From Oligoflexales bacterium (GTDB lineage Bacteria > Bdellovibrionota_B > Oligoflexia > Oligoflexales > Bog-1112), in assembly GCA_045105515.1 (NCBI GenBank), contig JBGCDR010000115.1, positions 1-11,607 of the forward strand: a stretch of 11,607 bases of DNA, given 5' to 3'. The notes below the pieces were generated by a model that was not told where the DNA came from, searched no databases, and saw nothing but the letters and a program-made list of their open reading frames with translations. A program made the position numbers and the translations under genes. This document shows positions 7,175-11,607 of the stretch, one piece after another. Position 1 is the stretch's first letter, and every line of letters starts with the position of its first letter.

Positions 7175-7971
7175 TAGATAGAAATTTTTTTATGACAATC
7201 TACCGACAGATAAACCAACATAGTTATGAAGCCTTACTTGAAAACAGGCTAAGTGAGTTAGCGGTCTTTCAAGCTGATGCCAAGGATGAGGAGCTTCATC
7301 AAGTTTTAAAGTATCATGGCTTTTTACTCTTGAAGTTTTCTGTAAAAGTATCCTTAGATACAGTGCGAGCTAGGCTTACAAACTTATTAGGTGAGCCGGT
7401 TAGGGATAGTGGCGTAGAGGATTCCCTTCACACTACCATAGCTTCAGTCAATCAAGGACGGTATTTTTCCAATTCCTGTTACACTCAGCCTTTGCATATG
7501 GATGACGCCCATTGTCATCAGATACCAAGGCTGATTACCCTGCATTGTGTAAGGCCTGCTAATAAGGGGGGGGTGTCAACCTTATTAAAATTTGCAGACA
7601 TCGAAGAGCAAATTTTACCATCTTATGCTGATGTTTTCGAAAAGCTTTTTGACAAAAACTGCCTGAGAATAAGAGGGATGAAAGGTGAGCTAAACCGACC
7701 ACTTCTGGAACACCTCGAAGAGGATTACTTAGGAATGGCTTTTCCGGCAATTCTCGAAGGTCTTAGTGCGGATGCCAGAATTGAGCAACTATATCGTGAG
7801 GTTTACAGCTACATCCATAATCCAAAAAATCAGATTAGATTTTCAATGAAGCCAAATGAGGTCCTTATTATAGATAACTTTCGTACCTTTCATGGCCGGA
7901 CAAGTTTTCCAGCAAGCTCTTCTCGCTTGCTCTATCGAACTTGTTTCCCTGCCAACACCTTCCGGAAATAG
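7171..7971 (+). CDS. TauD/TfdA (clavaminate synthase-like) Fe(II)/2OG dioxygenase
   Basis: PLHMDD (HxD), LHCVRPANKGGVSTL, IIDNFRTFHGRTSF and RLLYR. GTGA start/stop overlap with the upstream gene. Confidence 0.92.
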   Translation: MIDRNFFMTIYRQINQHSYEALLENRLSELAVFQADAKDEELHQVLKYHGFLLLKFSVKVSLDTVRARLTNLLGEPVRDSGVEDSLHTTIASVNQGRYFSNSCYTQPLHMDDAHCHQIPRLITLHCVRPANKGGVSTLLKFADIEEQILPSYADVFEKLFDKNCLRIRGMKGELNRPLLEHLEEDYLGMAFPAILEGLSADARIEQLYREVYSYIHNPKNQIRFSMKPNEVLIIDNFRTFHGRTSFPASSSRLLYRTCFPANTFRK

Positions 7972-7985
7972 GATAAATAAACGGT

Positions 7986-9148
7986 ATGGTGGGTTTATTG
8001 ATTTCATCTTTTTGTCTAGCCTGTGCAGATTTTGCGATTAATTTTTTTCTACAGTTATGGATCAATGATTTCTTTGGCAACCCTGGCTTGGTTTCCTTAT
8101 TTTTTTCAGGATCCTTGCTTGTAAGGATCATACTCATCCAATTTTATCCGATGATTTTAAGGTCCGTCTCAGTCAGACAATCCTTATTGCTTGTTCCGTG
8201 CATTCATATAATGCTCATGGCATTATCATATTTTTTTAGGTTAATGCCGTATAAGACCACTTTTTTTGCGTTGTTCTTAGTTGCAAATACTTGCTTTCAA
8301 TCTGCGAGTAGGGTGACGTTGCAAGCAGCAGTTGACAAGATCATACCTTCAAGCAAAATTGGTCAATTTTTCAAGAGATATCAACTTGCATCTTCTTTAG
8401 CAGCATTTACCGGACCACTTTTTCTTTTGACCTTTGATGTGAAAGTCGATAATTATTATAATTTTGTGGCATGTATGATTTTTTTATACGGAATCGCTTT
8501 TTTGCTTTTGAAGGGTATCAAGATTTCCCCAAAAACTGATTATAAGGCTCCTAAAAACAAACCTACCACAAGCACTCCCAGGTTCTCCTCAGTGTTGCTG
8601 CGCAAAAAATATTTTATGCAATCATTTTGCTTAATATAGCACTTATCCCGATCCATTTGTTTATTCCTATATGTAGGTACCACAACCCAAATATGGGTGC
8701 TAACTACCTTGTCTTTTTACAAGTGACCTTTGCTTTTGGTGGTATAATTCCTGGGCTTTATATGAAAACATTAGCTGAAAGGCGTAGATCTTTTAGCACA
8801 CAAGTTGGTTCTCGATATTTGTGTTTAGCTTTCTTCTCTTTACTACTTACTGACCTTGGTCTATCGCCACTCAGCTACTTAAGTTTGCTCGGTATAGGCG
8901 TCTGCATAGGTTTTATTAATGTACTTCTACAGACATACTTAGTGGAGATCCTTCCTTCTCATATTCAGCATCAGGTGTTTTGTAACATTGAAAACGTTAT
9001 ACTTATCACACGGATGATTTCATTTTTGATTGTAGGCTTTTTCTTAACATCGCTAGCACCAGCCTTGCATTACAGCCTAAGTGCGGCACTCTTGATTTCT
9101 ACAGCCGCATGGTTGTTTTATTATAGGAGAACCTTAGATTATGTATGA
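7986..9148 (+). pseudogene. MFS transporter split by a single-base frameshift (or a sequencing error)
   Basis: ORFs 7986..8639 and 8627..9148 look like the N- and C-halves of a 12-TM MFS exporter. Adding one A to the A6 run at 8604-8609 gives LLRKKIFYAIILLNIALIP and a 387-aa continuous ORF. Confidence 0.75.
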
Positions 9149-9680
9149 CATTCCAGATTTCAAGGTCCCCAATGAGTCCATGAGAGGGACTGCTCGAGTT
9201 CGCTCCTCTCCAACCAATTTAGCTACGTGGGTAACAGATAACCTGAAAAGCGATTCAAAATCCTTTAGTGTCCTAGATTTTGGGGCCGGACACGGTTTCG
9301 ATGCAGCGTATTTAAATAGTAAAGGGTTTCATTGCGAGGGATGGGACCCCGTATTTTCAAGTACTCTAGCCCCAAGGAAAGAGCATTATGATTTAGTGTT
9401 ACTAGCTTATGTTTTAAATGTGATACCTTCTCTTAACTTACGCAAAAAAGTTTTACTTCAGGCATGGCATTACAGTCTTACCCACCTTCTGATTGCGGTC
9501 AGGATGAATACCGTCATGAGACCGACCCAAAAATACCAAGATGGAGTCATCACCTCGATTGGGGCTTTTCAAAAAGTTTACACCCCTATAGAAATCAAGG
9601 AATGGTGTGATCAAATCCTTGATAGTAAAGGGACTTTTGTGGGTAAGAATACTTTAATATATAGAAAAAACAGCTGTTAA
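9141..9680 (+). CDS. Class I SAM-dependent methyltransferase
   Basis: VLDFGAGHG motif I, GWDP, YDLVLLAYVLNVI, and DGVITSIGAFQKVY. It resembles one domain of the 'DNA phosphorothioation-associated putative methyltransferase' family. Confidence 0.85.
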   Translation: MYDIPDFKVPNESMRGTARVRSSPTNLATWVTDNLKSDSKSFSVLDFGAGHGFDAAYLNSKGFHCEGWDPVFSSTLAPRKEHYDLVLLAYVLNVIPSLNLRKKVLLQAWHYSLTHLLIAVRMNTVMRPTQKYQDGVITSIGAFQKVYTPIEIKEWCDQILDSKGTFVGKNTLIYRKNSC

Positions 9681-9945
9681 AGAGCACTTTGATTCATTGG
9701 CACAAGCACCAAATACAAAGTCCAAACTTGCGCTGACCCAAATAAAATAAAAAATATTCTTATTGGAAGATGATGACAGAAGCTTGCAGAAGTTGCTCGA
9801 ACGTAATGCCCTTTTTCCGCAAGATCTCATTGCATCCAAAAATATCCTGTCCTCTGACAAAAATCTATCGGCATCGAAAAACTAAGCTGCCCATTTGTAG
9901 CAGTGATGTAAGCCGTTACAAAATTCATCTGAAACAATCGCCGAT

Positions 9946-10119
9946 CTACATCATTCCACCCATGCCACCTTATTATGGAGCACTAAGTCACCTTTGGTAT
10001 TGCTTAGTATCAGTTTGTATTTACTGGTACTTTTTACTTGAAACATACTCATCGATTTCCGCTTTATTGGTACCTTTTGGTACTCTTGGGTACAAAAATC
10101 GTGTCGTTTTCGTGTCGGT
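9946..10119. repeat. Direct repeat copy 1; att-like site containing the groEL 3' tip
   Basis: About 87% identical (hand alignment, ~23 differences) to 10557-10731. Positions 9969-9946 on the minus strand read GGT GGC ATG GGT GGA ATG ATG TAG (GGMGGMM*). Confidence 0.9.
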
Positions 10120-10212
10120 ATTTACCATGGCATGCATCACTGAGATAATGACACCTTTTTTCCTATCCAAAAAACTTTTCTTAAGAAATTAAAATCAGAC
10201 CAAGGAAAATTC

Positions 10213-10542
10213 ATGAAACTTATCATTTCAATTTTGTGCTTATCACTAATTGCATGCGGTTCACCAAGCACCGAAACAACTGATAAAACCTCTAATCAAA
10301 ACCAAGTCACACCGAAAACTCAAACAGAAGATGAAAAATCGAAACCCAACTCTTCATCAATTTCCATAGATCATGATGGCTTTTATATACATAAGGAGCA
10401 CAAACTAGCCAGCCCAATCTATGAATTTTTTGATGGTGATTATAGATCAATAGAAATTGTTGGCTCAAATCAAGATTGCATATTAGCTGAAACAATCGAG
10501 GGAGAGTTTCACTTACTAAACTCTTCGACTGTAATCCTATGA
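10213..10542 (+). CDS. Small lipoprotein of unknown function (possibly C-terminally truncated)
   Basis: Signal peptide MKLIISILCLSLIA-C with a lipobox, followed by a low-complexity S/T/Q/K tether. SD AAGGA upstream. The stop is 15 nt from repeat copy 2. Confidence 0.75.
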   Translation: MKLIISILCLSLIACGSPSTETTDKTSNQNQVTPKTQTEDEKSKPNSSSISIDHDGFYIHKEHKLASPIYEFFDGDYRSIEIVGSNQDCILAETIEGEFHLLNSSTVIL

Positions 10543-10556
10543 CCATCAAGATCTAA

Positions 10557-10731
10557 TTACATCATACCACCCATGCCGCCCTTATTTGTGGTCACTAAAC
10601 CACCATTGGTATTGCTTGGTATCAGCTTGTATTTACTGGTACTTTTCACTTTAATCACACTCATCAATTTCCGCTTTATTGGTATCTTTAGGTACTCCTG
10701 GGTACAGAAATCGTGTCGTTTTCGTGTCGGT
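10557..10731. repeat. Direct repeat copy 2; att-like site containing the groEL 3' tip
   Basis: Positions 10580-10557 on the minus strand read GGC GGC ATG GGT GGT ATG ATG TAA (GGMGGMM*). It has internal GGTA(C/T) repeats and a tandem CGTGTCG-TTTT-CGTGTCG. Confidence 0.9.
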
Positions 10732-10946
10732 TTATTGGTTCCAAAGAGAGCTTTCAATCCTAAGAATACTTCATTTCGGGATGCATGGGCAGATGTAGCA
10801 AAGTCATCAGAGGTTCCCCGTTTAACTCGGGGTAAACTCTGTCGAAAGATCTCACATTTTTTCCTGTCACCACCACGCCGCCAGGCGGTAAAGTGGTCCC
10901 CTTCAAGTCCCTCTTTATCACCTCGACTGTAGTGGAGAGGTCTCCT

Positions 10947-11480
10947 TCAAATACGCTTAGCCATCTTCTCAAAAAACTCAATCAACCTCTTAGCCCTCTC
11001 ACTATTACTAGGCCCTGGCTCCAAATGAGCACTGATGCTCTCCAGAAAAGTATCTTCATCAAGAAACTCTACTAACTTTTTACTCAGATAATCAGCTACA
11101 CTTGCTGGAGCATTTTGTATCGATTCAAAGGATAGCATTCCATCAAGCAAAGTCACAACATCTTCAATATCATGACTGAGCCTAAAATCACCTGTTCCTC
11201 TACCTAAGTAGGCTTCAAACTTAGAAGCAACAAAATACGGTGGACTAAAGATCTTAATAACAGTCCCTGAAGGCAACTTCACATCCATCGCCTCCCTAAT
11301 CCCCTCTTTGTACCACTTGTTAGAAAAACCAATGATATTCTCATCAGTAGGCATTACATCAACGGTGACTCCGTTTATTGTCCACCTGCAAATTGGATCT
11401 CCAGCTTCTTGGGAGTTAACGAAGCCTTTTTCTCTTAATTTTGCTTCTAACTTTCCATATTCTGAATAATTACTGGCAAG
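10947..11480 (-). pseudogene. 5'-truncated nucleotidyltransferase-fold protein (AbiEii/type IV TA toxin-like)
   Basis: The frame extends upstream of ATG 11354 as SEYGKLEAKLREKGF..GDPICRWTINGVTVDVMPTDENIIGFSNKWY...KFEAYLGRG..D...SHDIED. It hits an in-frame stop at 11499-11501 with no start codon. The expected N-terminal GG and T-x-D-x-D catalytic motifs are absent. Confidence 0.65.
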
Positions 11481-11607
11481 ACGAAGATTAAGCTCCCATT
11501 AACACCTACTTTCCATGTATAATCACTGAAACCGCAAAAGATATGATGTAAAAACAGAAAAAACCGCCATATAATATATATGTAATATCAACATGCTATG
11601 ATTAAAC

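Noticed and set aside
3348..8137. Minus-strand ORFs 3348..3662, 4751..4960, 7559..7750, 7868..8137
   Set aside because: All are antisense to well-supported operon genes and have no recognisable features.
9654..10192. ORFs 9654..9860 (-) and 9770..10192 (+)
   Set aside because: No motifs or SD. The latter runs through att-like repeat 1, whose frame is not preserved in copy 2 (1-nt indel).
9946..10731. Repeats as a CRISPR array or IS ends
   Set aside because: There are only two long direct copies, with no short repeat-spacer periodicity, no cas or transposase gene, and no terminal inverted repeats.
10307..11075. ORFs 10307..10549, 10557..10757, 10573..10932, 10760..10981, 10893..11075
   Set aside because: They overlap the lipoprotein, the repeat or the NTase remnant. 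10557..10757 only borrows the GroEL-like tail and is not a chaperonin. 10760..10981 might be a gene fragment but cannot be supported.

Overview
AT-rich bacterial DNA. Most of the window (about 164-9680) looks like a complete, unusual RiPP biosynthetic gene cluster. A 25-aa Cys-rich precursor (MSFEINVIETSGQNAQTGCNSCGCP, 2036-2113) has a good RBS and a 12-bp hairpin terminator right after it. It heads a tightly coupled + strand operon: GNAT acetyltransferase, RRE-type partner, DUF692/MNIO multinuclear iron enzyme, PIG-L deacetylase, GT-A glycosyltransferase, PhyH-type Fe/2OG dioxygenase, aKG-HExxH-like protein (HQxxH variant), TauD-type dioxygenase, frameshifted MFS exporter and a SAM methyltransferase. 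An ABC exporter (permease + ATPase) is transcribed divergently. The right end holds two ~175-bp imperfect direct repeats that each begin with a copy of the groEL 3' tip (GGMGGMM*) followed by integrase arm-like repeats, i.e. probable att scars of islands integrated at groEL. They flank a small lipoprotein gene and are followed by a 5'-truncated nucleotidyltransferase-like gene. All family calls come from motif recognition by eye; no database searches were run.
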